A stretch of 64,000 nt of DNA. It comes from Coraliomargarita sp. (GTDB lineage Bacteria; Verrucomicrobiota; Verrucomicrobiia; Opitutales; Coraliomargaritaceae). The stretch lies in contig OZ244160.1 of NCBI GenBank assembly GCA_965216325.1, positions 320,001 to 384,000 of the forward strand. Reading direction: 5' to 3'. Under the pieces are notes generated by a model that ran no database searches, had not been told where the DNA came from, and worked only from the letters and a program-made list of their open reading frames with translations. Shown piece by piece: positions 9,550-18,765 of the stretch. The number at the start of each line of letters is the position of its first letter. The stretch's first letter is position 1. The position numbers and the translations under genes are program-made.

Positions 9550-10446
9550 ATGGCTGATTTCAATGCACCGATTCTATTCTTTAACCGCGCGACACAGAGG
9601 CTCGAAACCGAGGATGTCTATGGCGAGGGCTTCTTGCGCTGGGCTTATGGCAATCCGCTTGGGCGTTTGACGGTCTCGGTAGCGGTGCAGCGCGCGTGGT
9701 TCTCCCGCTGGTATGGGTGGCGGATGGATCGTCCAGTGAGTCGCCAGAAGATCGCCCCCTTTCTTGAGGAGTTTGGTTTGGATGTTGGCGAGTTTGCGGA
9801 TCCCGTCGAAAGCTATGCGACCTTTAATGAGTTCTTTTATCGAAAGTTGAAAGCGGATGCGCGCCCACTGGCAGAATCCGAAGTTGTGTTTCCAGCGGAT
9901 GGCCGACATCTCGCGATCCCGGATGCGTCGGTACAGGACACGTTCTATATCAAGGGGCAGCGTTTTGATCTGGGCGCTTTCATCGGCGATGATGACCTCG
10001 CCAGAGACTTCGAGGGCGGCTCGATATTGATCTCGCGTTTGTGCCCGGTGGACTATCACCGTTTTCATTTCCCAGTCGCTGGGCAGGCGGGGGCGGCTCA
10101 GTTGCTACCCGGTAGCTTGCGCTCGGTGAGTCCGCTAGCGCTACGCCGGAACCTCTCGATTCTCTGGGAGAATCGGCGGGAGCGCACGCTGGTAGAAACG
10201 GAAAACCTTGGCAAGGTGCTGGTGATGGAGATCGGTGCAACCTGTGTGGGCGGCATTCATCAGACTTACCAGACTGGCTCGATCGCTAAGGGTACCGAGA
10301 AAGGCTACTTCTCCTTTGGGGGCTCCTGTGTCACGACAGTTTTTCAGAGGGGCGCGGTTGAGTTCGACGACGATCTAATCGAGCACTCTGCCACGGGGAT
10401 CGAAGTGTACGCTAAGATGGGGGAGTGTTGCGCTATACGAAGCTGA
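9550..10446 (+). CDS. psd: Phosphatidylserine decarboxylase proenzyme
   Basis: [41 protein letters not shown] cleavage motif. Confidence 0.93.
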   Translation: MADFNAPILFFNRATQRLETEDVYGEGFLRWAYGNPLGRLTVSVAVQRAWFSRWYGWRMDRPVSRQKIAPFLEEFGLDVGEFADPVESYATFNEFFYRKLKADARPLAESEVVFPADGRHLAIPDASVQDTFYIKGQRFDLGAFIGDDDLARDFEGGSILISRLCPVDYHRFHFPVAGQAGAAQLLPGSLRSVSPLALRRNLSILWENRRERTLVETENLGKVLVMEIGATCVGGIHQTYQTGSIAKGTEKGYFSFGGSCVTTVFQRGAVEFDDDLIEHSATGIEVYAKMGECCAIRS

Positions 10447-10468
10447 ATCAGCCCAGCCCTACCAGCTG

Positions 10469-10954
10469 CTAGAGGCTCCAGAGGTAGCTGTGCTTCTGTG
10501 CAAATTCCTGGCCGTCGGGACCATTGATTGTGAAGCGCCATGCTGACGGCTTGATGCTGGTGCCATGTGTCCATGCCTCACCGGTCAGCCCTAGGAAGAT
10601 TTCTTTGGTGCGTGGTCGTTTGGTTGGCAAGGGAAACTGGTATTCGACTGCTTCAGTTGAGTCTGGAGTGAAGAACTCGCCTTTGATGACAGTGCCTTGT
10701 GGCATTTTGTTGAGCTTCGTGTCGAAGGAGAGTACAAAGTAGAATCCATCACGGACTTGTGGATCTGTTCGGACGATGACGCGATTACCCGTATACTCTG
10801 CACCGGTGCGATATTCATGCACGCGTTTGAAAGTCTCTTCAGCAATGAAGCGTGGAGATATATCGGTGATTTCGACTGAGGTAATGGCCTCTTTTGGGGT
10901 CGAGGAGCAGGCGGTCAAAAACAGGCTAAGGCAGGCGAGCAGGAAAATACGCAT
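10469..10954 (-). CDS. Hypothetical lipoprotein
   Basis: Lipobox LTAC after a hydrophobic leader; 161 aa. Confidence 0.75.
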   Translation of the reverse strand: MRIFLLACLSLFLTACSSTPKEAITSVEITDISPRFIAEETFKRVHEYRTGAEYTGNRVIVRTDPQVRDGFYFVLSFDTKLNKMPQGTVIKGEFFTPDSTEAVEYQFPLPTKRPRTKEIFLGLTGEAWTHGTSIKPSAWRFTINGPDGQEFAQKHSYLWSL

Positions 10955-11011
10955 GGGCGTTTAGATTCTTGAGCACGCGGGCCTTGTCAATGCCCGCTTC
11001 GCTTAGACTGG

Positions 11012-11290
11012 CTAAATGTCACGTTTACGAATGAGAACCTTACCCTCATACATCCAGCGGTTCACTCGAGCGCTGCCACGAGTAATGCGTTTCTTAACGA
11101 ATTCGATCCGGCGTATTACGCCATCAACGCTAAGGCGGCAGGTGTAGCTTGTTTCAGCCCACTCATCTGGGTCGGGCAAGAGTGTCGTGGCTTCGCGCAG
11201 TTGGGAGAGATTGGGAGTAAATTTGAATGCTTCCTCCTTCTGGCGGCTTTGGGAGCTTCGGCTTGAACTGGTTTCTGATTTTGAACGCAT
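11012..11290 (-). CDS. Hypothetical small basic protein
   Basis: 92-aa ATG ORF co-oriented with the lipoprotein gene. Confidence 0.55.
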   Translation of the reverse strand: MRSKSETSSSRSSQSRQKEEAFKFTPNLSQLREATTLLPDPDEWAETSYTCRLSVDGVIRRIEFVKKRITRGSARVNRWMYEGKVLIRKRDI

Positions 11291-11416
11291 AGGGGAATGT
11301 TATATTTCACTGAATGAGGGGCATCTCTGGCAACGGAAAAGCATAAAAGCTGACTTCTTTTCAAAATTCACTTGATTTCGGACGGCTACTTCTCCTTTTT
11401 GTCACCTTCTTTTTAA

Positions 11417-11490
<74 letters not shown>

Positions 11491-11625
11491 TGCTTCGCTC
11501 TGCGAGCTACGCATGGCGCAGCCATCCTAAGCTTGCAGTTGAGAAAGCTTGCTCTACATAGCTGAAAGCGACGCAGAGTTGAACCATGGGGATGGGGGTA
11601 TCCTAAAATGTATTACACATACATC

Positions 11626-11734
11626 TTGCGGTCTTTTCAGGAGTGGAGCGGGCAAATCACGAGTGATTAATATCGTGCTCTGTTTTCTGTTTGGGATTCC
11701 CGCGGTGATTCATGCACTGCTGGTGGTTCTTTAA
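11626..11734 (+). pseudogene. YqaE/Pmp3-family small membrane protein remnant
   Basis: LAVF in one frame, then RSGAGKSRVINIVLCFLFGIPAVIHALLVVL* in another; no N-terminus. Confidence 0.55.
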
Positions 11735-11761
11735 CGGGAACAAGCGCGAACTGAGTCGGGC

Positions 11762-11788
11762 AAGGGTGCAGCTTCAGTTGCACCTTTT
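11762..11788 (+). terminator. Intrinsic terminator
   Basis: aagggtgcagc/gttgcacctttt stem followed by Ts. Confidence 0.6.
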
Positions 11789-11860
11789 GTGTTTCGGGAT
11801 AAATCCCTTGCCTCCTCCTGATCGCTGACTTCTGATTCCAGCTCTCTGACCTCTGAATTT

Positions 11861-12433
11861 ATGGACCTCATCACTAATGCCGGCATTTTTGCCTATCCTC
11901 TAGTCGTCTTTTCGTTTATCGCGGTGTTCATTACGGTGGAGCGGTTGATTGCGCTGCGTAACTCCAGTGTCATTCCCAGGCACATGGTGGAGGCTTTTGT
12001 GGAGAGTCGGATTGAGGACATGGAGGCCGATACCAAATCAGTGATGGGGCGTGTGGTTACCTTTTTTCGCGAACGTAGCCCAGACCCGGATGCCTTGAAT
12101 GCCTTTGCCCGCCTCGAAGTCACGCGCATGGAGCGTGGTGTCTTTCTGCTGGAAATTGTGGTTGGTGCGTCACCGCTACTTGGTTTGCTGGGCACAGTTA
12201 CCGGTTTGACTCAAGTATTCGGCGGGTTTTCGGCAGAAACCGGTTTGCCGGACCCCGGTGTCTTCATTCAGGGCATCGCTTTGGCTCTGAATACAACAAT
12301 TCTCGGGCTTGCAGTGGCGATTCCTGCCTTGGTGGCGCATGCCTACCTCATGCGTCGGATCGATTCCCTCGCGGCTCGTATCAACGTGGGCGTTGAGTGC
12401 CTGACTGAATTGAGTGAAAAGAAGTCTGCCTAA
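11861..12433 (+). CDS. MotA/TolQ/ExbB proton-channel family protein
   Basis: SPLLGLLGTVTG, GIALALNTTILGLAVAIPA. Confidence 0.92.
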   Translation: MDLITNAGIFAYPLVVFSFIAVFITVERLIALRNSSVIPRHMVEAFVESRIEDMEADTKSVMGRVVTFFRERSPDPDALNAFARLEVTRMERGVFLLEIVVGASPLLGLLGTVTGLTQVFGGFSAETGLPDPGVFIQGIALALNTTILGLAVAIPALVAHAYLMRRIDSLAARINVGVECLTELSEKKSA

Positions 12434-12435
12434 GC

Positions 12436-12843
12436 ATGAGACAGAACGGCAGTCTAGTGAATCGGAAACGTCGCCAGCCGACGATCAACATTGTGCCGCT
12501 GGTTGATGTGCTGACGGTGTTGGTCTTCTTCTTCATGGTGACCATGCAGTTCAAGACCATGAGCGCTTTGAACATTACTGCGCCTGAGATTAAGTCTGCC
12601 GGTAAGAACGAGATCTCAGAGCAGATCGTGATTGCAGTAAACAAGGAGGGCGCAATGTACCTGAACGATCGTCTGGTGACCCTCGAGCAACTTGAAGCGG
12701 CAGTAGTCCTCGCGGGCGAAGCAACACCGAATATACCAGTGTTGTTGATTGCAGACGAGGATGCGCCGCTGAAGCATGTGACCTCAGTGATGGATACCTG
12801 CCGATTGAATAAGCTGAACAAGATCCGTTTGCAGTCGCGCTAG
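12436..12843 (+). CDS. ExbD/TolR biopolymer transport protein
   Basis: INIVPLVDVLTVLVFFFMV, LIADEDA. Confidence 0.92.
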   Translation: MRQNGSLVNRKRRQPTINIVPLVDVLTVLVFFFMVTMQFKTMSALNITAPEIKSAGKNEISEQIVIAVNKEGAMYLNDRLVTLEQLEAAVVLAGEATPNIPVLLIADEDAPLKHVTSVMDTCRLNKLNKIRLQSR

Positions 12844-12946
12844 TCCGTTATTCCTGCGATTTGGTGATATCCGCCAGATTGACAAGTAATTGACGGAAAC
12901 ATTAGCCTTGGTGGCTTGTCGGCAATGTTATTGCCGTTAATGAACA

Positions 12947-13918
12947 ATGAATACATCCACAACCCCAGTAGCTGAAACACTCCAAACTGTCCGTGATCGT
13001 GTCGGACAAGTTGTTGTGGGGCAGGAAAATTTAGTTGAGCGCCTTTTGCTTGCTTTGCTGTGCAATGGCCATGTCCTGCTTGAAGGTGTGCCCGGAGTGG
13101 CGAAGACCTTGACTGTTAATAGTATCGCTAAGGCAGTGCATGCCGAGTTCAGCCGAATTCAGTTTACACCCGACCTGTTGCCCGGGGATTTGACCGGGAC
13201 ACTGGTCTATGATCCGCGTGAGCATAGCTTCACTCCGGAAAAAGGCCCGATCTTTGCCAATTTACTCCTCGCGGACGAAGTGAACCGTGCGCCGGCTAAG
13301 GTGCAAAGTGCATTGCTGGAAGCGATGCAGGAAAAGCAGGTTACGCTGGGCAAGGAGACCTTTCAGTTGCCGAAGCCATTCCTCGTCTTGGCGACTCAGA
13401 ATCCGATCGAACAGGAGGGCACCTACATGCTTCCGGAGGCCCAGGTGGACCGCTTCATGTTCAAGCTCAAGGTCGGCTACCCCTCGATGGATGAGGAGTT
13501 GATCGTTATGCAGCGCATGGCCCGTGCTGAGCCAATGCTTGAGATTGAGCCGGTGCTTACGATTGAAGGTCTTATGGGGATGCGGGCTGAGATGGAGAAG
13601 GTCTTCATCGATGAGAAGGTGGAGAAATACATCCTTCGCCTCGTCGATGCGACCCGTCATCCGGAGAACTATGGTTTGGATGTTTCCAAGTATGTGCGCT
13701 TTGGCGCATCGCCGCGTGCTTCGATCTATCTGTCATTAGCTGCACGTGGCCATGCATTGATGCAAGGGCGTGATTATGCGACTCCGCAAGATGTGAAGGA
13801 TGTTGCGCACGATGTGCTGCGTCACCGTATGGCTATTTCCTACCGTGCCGAGGCTGAGTCGATCACATCCGATGACTTGCTGGATCAAATGCTCAAGCAA
13901 GTGCCGGTCGTCGAGTAA
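12947..13918 (+). CDS. moxR: MoxR-family AAA+ ATPase
   Basis: LLEGVPGVAKT, RIQFTPDLLPGD, LADEVNRAPAKVQSALLEAMQE, ATQNPIEQEGTY. Confidence 0.96.
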   Translation: MNTSTTPVAETLQTVRDRVGQVVVGQENLVERLLLALLCNGHVLLEGVPGVAKTLTVNSIAKAVHAEFSRIQFTPDLLPGDLTGTLVYDPREHSFTPEKGPIFANLLLADEVNRAPAKVQSALLEAMQEKQVTLGKETFQLPKPFLVLATQNPIEQEGTYMLPEAQVDRFMFKLKVGYPSMDEELIVMQRMARAEPMLEIEPVLTIEGLMGMRAEMEKVFIDEKVEKYILRLVDATRHPENYGLDVSKYVRFGASPRASIYLSLAARGHALMQGRDYATPQDVKDVAHDVLRHRMAISYRAEAESITSDDLLDQMLKQVPVVE

Positions 13919-13925
13919 GCGAAAG

Positions 13926-14002
13926 CTCTCTTAATCCTAATCGTAAGCTTAATCTCAACGCTGCCGCAAAGATTAGGATTATGCTTAAAAGTAAGATTAA
14001 GA
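13926..14002. repeat. Inverted pair of hexamer tandem arrays, copy 2 (inside the operon)
   Basis: ctcttaatcctaatcgtaagcttaatctc ... gattaggattatgcttaaaagtaagattaaga. Confidence 0.8.
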
Positions 14003-14012
14003 CTGTTGTAGA

Positions 14013-14882
14013 ATGTTAGACGAAATCGAAAGTCGCCTCAACTTGCTGGAGATGAAGTGCCGCCGTCCGGTGGAGCACTTGTTGGCCGGTGAGTATCGCT
14101 CGGTCTTCCGTGGTCGCGGAGTCGAGTTTGAGGATGTGCGCGTCTACCAACCGGGGGACGATGTGCGCACGATGGACTGGAAGGTGACTGCGCGCACAGG
14201 TGAAGCGCACATCAAGCGCTATATCGAAGAGCGTGAACAGTTCATTTATCTGTTAGTCGATATGTCGGCATCCATACTCCACGATCACGAGGGCTGTAAG
14301 CGCCAGGCGATGGTGGAGCTTTGTTCGCTGTTAACGATGGCAGCGATCAAGAATCAGGATCGTGTTGGTTTGATTCTCTTTACCGATCAGATCGAGCAAG
14401 TGGTGCCGCCTGGCAAGGGCCGCAGTCATGCCATGCGGATCATGGATGAGTTGATGAACTTTCAGCCGAAGGCGAAGGGCACCGACTTTGTTGAAATGCT
14501 GGGGCGTTTCGGGCATATGGCCCGCAAGCACTCGATTGCTTTCGTGGTCTCGGACTTTTTGACGGACGACTATGTGCGTGAACTTCAAGCCTTGGCCTTT
14601 AAGCATGACATCAATGCGATCCACATTGCTGGTGATGAGTTGCAGGAGGGGGGCACCACGGGTCTTGTGCGTATGGAAGATGCTGAGACGGGGGAGCAAC
14701 GTGTGGTCGATCTCACCCCGTGTGATGTGAATGCGCCTGTCCACACTGAACGCCTAAAGCAAGAGATGCTCGAGTCCGGCGTGAACTTGCTAAATCTCAA
14801 GCTGGGAGATGACTGCGTGGAAGCCCTGGCACGTTTTTTTCATGCACGTCAGCGACAGGAGGCAGACGAGACGGGAGGCTGA
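14013..14882 (+). CDS. DUF58 family (VWA-like) protein
   Basis: GEYRSVFRGRGVEFEDVRVYQPGDDVRTMDWKVTAR, VDMSAS. Confidence 0.93.
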   Translation: MLDEIESRLNLLEMKCRRPVEHLLAGEYRSVFRGRGVEFEDVRVYQPGDDVRTMDWKVTARTGEAHIKRYIEEREQFIYLLVDMSASILHDHEGCKRQAMVELCSLLTMAAIKNQDRVGLILFTDQIEQVVPPGKGRSHAMRIMDELMNFQPKAKGTDFVEMLGRFGHMARKHSIAFVVSDFLTDDYVRELQALAFKHDINAIHIAGDELQEGGTTGLVRMEDAETGEQRVVDLTPCDVNAPVHTERLKQEMLESGVNLLNLKLGDDCVEALARFFHARQRQEADETGG

Positions 14883-14884
14883 TA

Positions 14885-15622
14885 ATGCGGGGTCTAGTGA
14901 TCAGTTTATTGCTGTTGCCGATTGTTGCGATTGCGTATCCGCGCGAAGTGGAGTTTGGCTGGTCGCGGTCGGAGTGTCGTCCGGGAGATGTTATTGAGCT
15001 GCGTGCCAGTGGCGTCTTCGACGAACTGACAAGTTACGAGCTTCGCTTGCCGCAGCATAAAGATCTGCACCTCGTCGCGCATCAGCGCCATCCAGTTCAC
15101 TATGAGGATGGTGTTTATTCACAGCGCGATGTTTGGCTGCTGCAACCGAAGGCCGCAGGCACGATCCAGTTGGAGACTGTTCGTGTTATTTTGCGAACAG
15201 GAGGGGCCGTCACCGAGGAGGAGCGGGCGGTTCCAGCGTTACTCGTTGAGGCTTATTCGGATCCAGCAGATAGCAATGCACCCCAGTTGCTGGGAGACGA
15301 TGAAGCTATAACCGAAGAGACTGCTCCAATCTGGTGGGTGATTCTTTTGTGTGCTGTGGTTCCGGTGGTGCTGTTGTTCCTCTATTTACGTAAGCAGGAG
15401 CTTACAGATGCACCGGAGCAAGTATCCGTGGTGTCACTTGCAACTGTCCGCTCGAGCTTGGCTGAAGGCACTGTTCCGGTTGAGCAGATCGAACGACTCT
15501 TGGCAGATGGTTCGCAGCAATTGTCGGCGTCTCAGCGTGTTGCCTTGGAGTCTGCTATATATGGCCAGTCTACGGATGTTGCAGCTCTGTTGGCTGAACT
15601 AGCGAAGGAGGGGGTGGTATGA
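14885..15622 (+). CDS. Hypothetical membrane-anchored protein of the Bat operon
   Basis: Signal peptide, one later TM helix, tightly coupled to neighbours. Confidence 0.75.
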   Translation: MRGLVISLLLLPIVAIAYPREVEFGWSRSECRPGDVIELRASGVFDELTSYELRLPQHKDLHLVAHQRHPVHYEDGVYSQRDVWLLQPKAAGTIQLETVRVILRTGGAVTEEERAVPALLVEAYSDPADSNAPQLLGDDEAITEETAPIWWVILLCAVVPVVLLFLYLRKQELTDAPEQVSVVSLATVRSSLAEGTVPVEQIERLLADGSQQLSASQRVALESAIYGQSTDVAALLAELAKEGVV

Positions 15623-16644
15623 GTTTTGCGCATCTATGGATCCTCCTGTTCATCCCGCTGGTGCTTTGGCTTTTGCGCCGCCGCCGTAGTCGAACTTCAG
15701 TTGCAGTGGCTTCCGTGCGACTCTGGCCAGACGAAGAGGCGGGCAAGGCGCGTTTCTTGTGGATTCCGGTCTTCCTGCGTCGTGTAGCGATTATTCTGAT
15801 ACTCGTTGCGATTGCGCGTCCGCAGGCAGGAAGCACTTTTGATCTCGAAGTGACTGAGGGGATCGCGATTCAAATGCTCGTCGATGTCTCCAGTAGTATG
15901 GATATGAGTGTGCGTGATCTGGAGGGCAAGAAGACCTCCCGCATGAACGTCGCGAAAGAATTGGTCGAGCGCTTCATCGCCGGAGATGACGATCTATTGG
16001 ATGGCCGCCCGAATGATCTGATTGGATTGATTACGTTTGCTCGCTATGCCGATACGCGCAGTCCGTTGACCTTTGGGCATGATGCTTTGCTGCAAATTGT
16101 GCGCGGTCTGGAGATTCAGGAACGTCCGAATGAAGATGGCACCGCTTATGGTGATGCCTTGGCGATTGCGGCGGCACGTCTCAACAATCTAGAGGAGTTG
16201 AAACACGGAAGCTCAGGTGTGGATGCAGATGCGATCGAGAGCAAAGTGATCATCCTCTTGACCGATGGTGAGAATAATTCCGGTGCGCATTTGCCTTTGG
16301 AAGCGGCCGGTTTGGCCAAGGCATGGGGCTGTAAGATCTATGTCGTCAGCTTAGGGGAGTCCAATGAGGGCAAAGAGGATCTTGCTGAGGCGAATACACT
16401 CACGGCCGCTGAGCAAGTTCTGGAACACATCAGTCGTGAGACCGGCGGCATCTTCCGACAGGCGCACGACTTGGAGTCCTTAATCGAGGTCTATGCGGAA
16501 ATCGATCAGTTGGAACGTTCACAGATTTCGAATCGTAGTTTTGATCGGGTGGCGGAGTGGTTCTGGCTACCGCTTGCAGTTGGGCTTGGCTGTTTGCTCT
16601 TGGGGTTAATTTTGGAGGCAACTTGGTTGCGCGTGGTGCCATGA
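15619..16644 (+). CDS. BatA-like VWA domain protein
   Basis: N-terminal TM segments, ARPQ, MIDAS DVSSSM, GTAYGDAL, ILLTDGENN. Confidence 0.9.
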   Translation: MSFAHLWILLFIPLVLWLLRRRRSRTSVAVASVRLWPDEEAGKARFLWIPVFLRRVAIILILVAIARPQAGSTFDLEVTEGIAIQMLVDVSSSMDMSVRDLEGKKTSRMNVAKELVERFIAGDDDLLDGRPNDLIGLITFARYADTRSPLTFGHDALLQIVRGLEIQERPNEDGTAYGDALAIAAARLNNLEELKHGSSGVDADAIESKVIILLTDGENNSGAHLPLEAAGLAKAWGCKIYVVSLGESNEGKEDLAEANTLTAAEQVLEHISRETGGIFRQAHDLESLIEVYAEIDQLERSQISNRSFDRVAEWFWLPLAVGLGCLLLGLILEATWLRVVP

Positions 16645-18764
16645 TAAACGGATTTGTATTTCAATGGCCGGCGATGTTTACGCTCCTGTTACTCGTGCCT
16701 GTGCTCGTTTGGTTGCTCGGATATGCGCGCAAGCAACGCCTGAAGCTGATTGATGCCTTGGGCGGTGGATTGACTACGCATCGACGTTTGCGTGATGTGT
16801 TGCGCGTGCTGGCTTTTGTGTTGGTGGTGTTTGCTTTGGCACGTCCGGGCCACTCGCCACGCAGTGAACCGGTGTCGCGCTATGGCCGTGATGTTGTTTT
16901 TGCACTGGATGTGTCCCGCAGTATGCTGGCTGAAGATGCGAGGCCGAGCCGATTGGAGGTCGCTAAGCAAGGTATTCGCGATGCCTTGGATGACCTCGGC
17001 AATGAGCGTGTCGGACTCGTCGTCTATGCGGGCAGTGCATCGATCCTCTGTCCGCTGACTTACGATTATGATTTTGTTCGTTATATGCTCGAACAGGCGC
17101 ATCCGCGCAGTGTCGACTTCGGTGGCACGACTTTGCAAGCAGCCGTCGAGAAGGTGGTGGACCAAGTTTTTATCGAAGGACGCGAGGGTGTGCAGGATCT
17201 CGTCGTGCTAACGGATGGTGGTGACCATGGTTCTCAGATGGCGAAGGTAGTTGAGATCCTTGAAGCCAAACAGGTGGATGTTTTGGCTGTCGGACTTGGC
17301 GACCCACATCGTGGATCGCCGATTCCGATTGCCGACGCAGATGGCGCTGCCGCCTTTGTGGAACGGGATGGAATTCGCGTTACCACCAAACTCGAAGACG
17401 AGGCCTTACGTAGTTTTGCCGCGAACAGTTCGCATGCGGATTATGTGGCGGTTGGTGTCAGCCCCTTTGATTTGGGGCAGCTGTATCGAGACTATGCGCT
17501 GAATAAACAAGTCGTCGTCGCACAAAGTGATACCGGGGTGCTCATCTATCAGGAGGCTGCAGTCTTCTTCCTCGTGCCAGCCATTGTCTTATTGCTGCTC
17601 TCTGAGTGCTGGGGGGCACGTGGCCTCCAGCTTGGTCAAGCGGCGCTTTGGTTGGCATTTGTTGGACTGACGCCAAGCAGTGAAGCTGCGGATACACAAT
17701 TTCGGGCCGAGTTCGATGCTGCGGTGCAGTTGTTCGAACGCGCGTCGTTTGAGGATGCTGAGCTTCAGTTTGCGACTTTGTATGGTGATGCCTCGGAAGC
17801 ATCTGCGAATCCGGCTGACTTGGCCGCGCTGCAGGTGAATCGGGGGCTGTGCTTGGTTGAACTCGCTAAAGTGCAAGCTGCGCAGAATCCAGCAGTGGCG
17901 TTGTCCTATGCGGAGGCCGCTCAACTGGCCTTCCTCTCTGCCAAGCGATATGCGCCTGATCTAGACCGTGCAGGGCTTCGCTTGCAGTCGACAGCTGCTT
18001 TGCTCGTTGAACTCGAAGAGCAGATCGAGGAGCAACGTGAAGCAGAAGATGAGCTGAATGAGGCGATGCAGGCCTTGATTGAACAACTGCAAGCCTTGCT
18101 CGAAGCGCAGACAAAACTACGTCATACCTGTGACGCGAGCGATGTGAATCGTCGTCCACGTAAGCCGAAAGGGCAACCTGCTCCAGCCGTAGTGGCACCA
18201 CAGACCGCTCCAGAGAATGCAAAGCAGTTTGTGAGTCGTCAGCTGGAGTTGTTGGAAGAAGCTCAGCGCGCCGAGAAAGCCATGCAGGAGATTGATGCGC
18301 AATTATCCGGCGGCATTCCGGGCGTGCCAGCGATGGATACTATTTTGACGGAGCCTCTCAAGTTCATGCAACAGGTGAAGGCTGCGCAAGATCAGGCTGC
18401 AAAGCACCTTGCTGCTTGGGCCTCATGGCCCGCTGGACGTGCCTCGCAGCTATCGGCTGAGCAAACCCTACAAAAGATTTTGGACTTACTCGCGGGTGAC
18501 TCGCAGCAGCACTCGGAGGAGAGCGACGAGTGGGATGAATACGAAGAGGAATACGACTACGAATATATGGAGGATTCCGACCAAGATAGTATGATGAGCT
18601 CTGACTCGATGCAGGGAGACTTTGCCGCGGGCGGTGACATGCAGGAGCTACCAGTGCCAAATTATTCAGCCGAGGATATTCTCCTGGAAGAGCAGGGCAG
18701 TCTGCAGTTCCGCCAGCAAAAACGTGCCAGCGCCAATGCTGCGAAAGTGGAGAAGGACTACTAA
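16641..18764 (+). CDS. BatB-like VWA protein fused to a TPR/coiled-coil and acidic tail
   Basis: ALARP, DVSRSM, LTDGGD, helical repeats, C-terminal KVEKDY (BatC-like ending). Confidence 0.85.
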   Translation: MINGFVFQWPAMFTLLLLVPVLVWLLGYARKQRLKLIDALGGGLTTHRRLRDVLRVLAFVLVVFALARPGHSPRSEPVSRYGRDVVFALDVSRSMLAEDARPSRLEVAKQGIRDALDDLGNERVGLVVYAGSASILCPLTYDYDFVRYMLEQAHPRSVDFGGTTLQAAVEKVVDQVFIEGREGVQDLVVLTDGGDHGSQMAKVVEILEAKQVDVLAVGLGDPHRGSPIPIADADGAAAFVERDGIRVTTKLEDEALRSFAANSSHADYVAVGVSPFDLGQLYRDYALNKQVVVAQSDTGVLIYQEAAVFFLVPAIVLLLLSECWGARGLQLGQAALWLAFVGLTPSSEAADTQFRAEFDAAVQLFERASFEDAELQFATLYGDASEASANPADLAALQVNRGLCLVELAKVQAAQNPAVALSYAEAAQLAFLSAKRYAPDLDRAGLRLQSTAALLVELEEQIEEQREAEDELNEAMQALIEQLQALLEAQTKLRHTCDASDVNRRPRKPKGQPAPAVVAPQTAPENAKQFVSRQLELLEEAQRAEKAMQEIDAQLSGGIPGVPAMDTILTEPLKFMQQVKAAQDQAAKHLAAWASWPAGRASQLSAEQTLQKILDLLAGDSQQHSEESDEWDEYEEEYDYEYMEDSDQDSMMSSDSMQGDFAAGGDMQELPVPNYSAEDILLEEQGSLQFRQQKRASANAAKVEKDY

Positions 18765-18765
18765 G

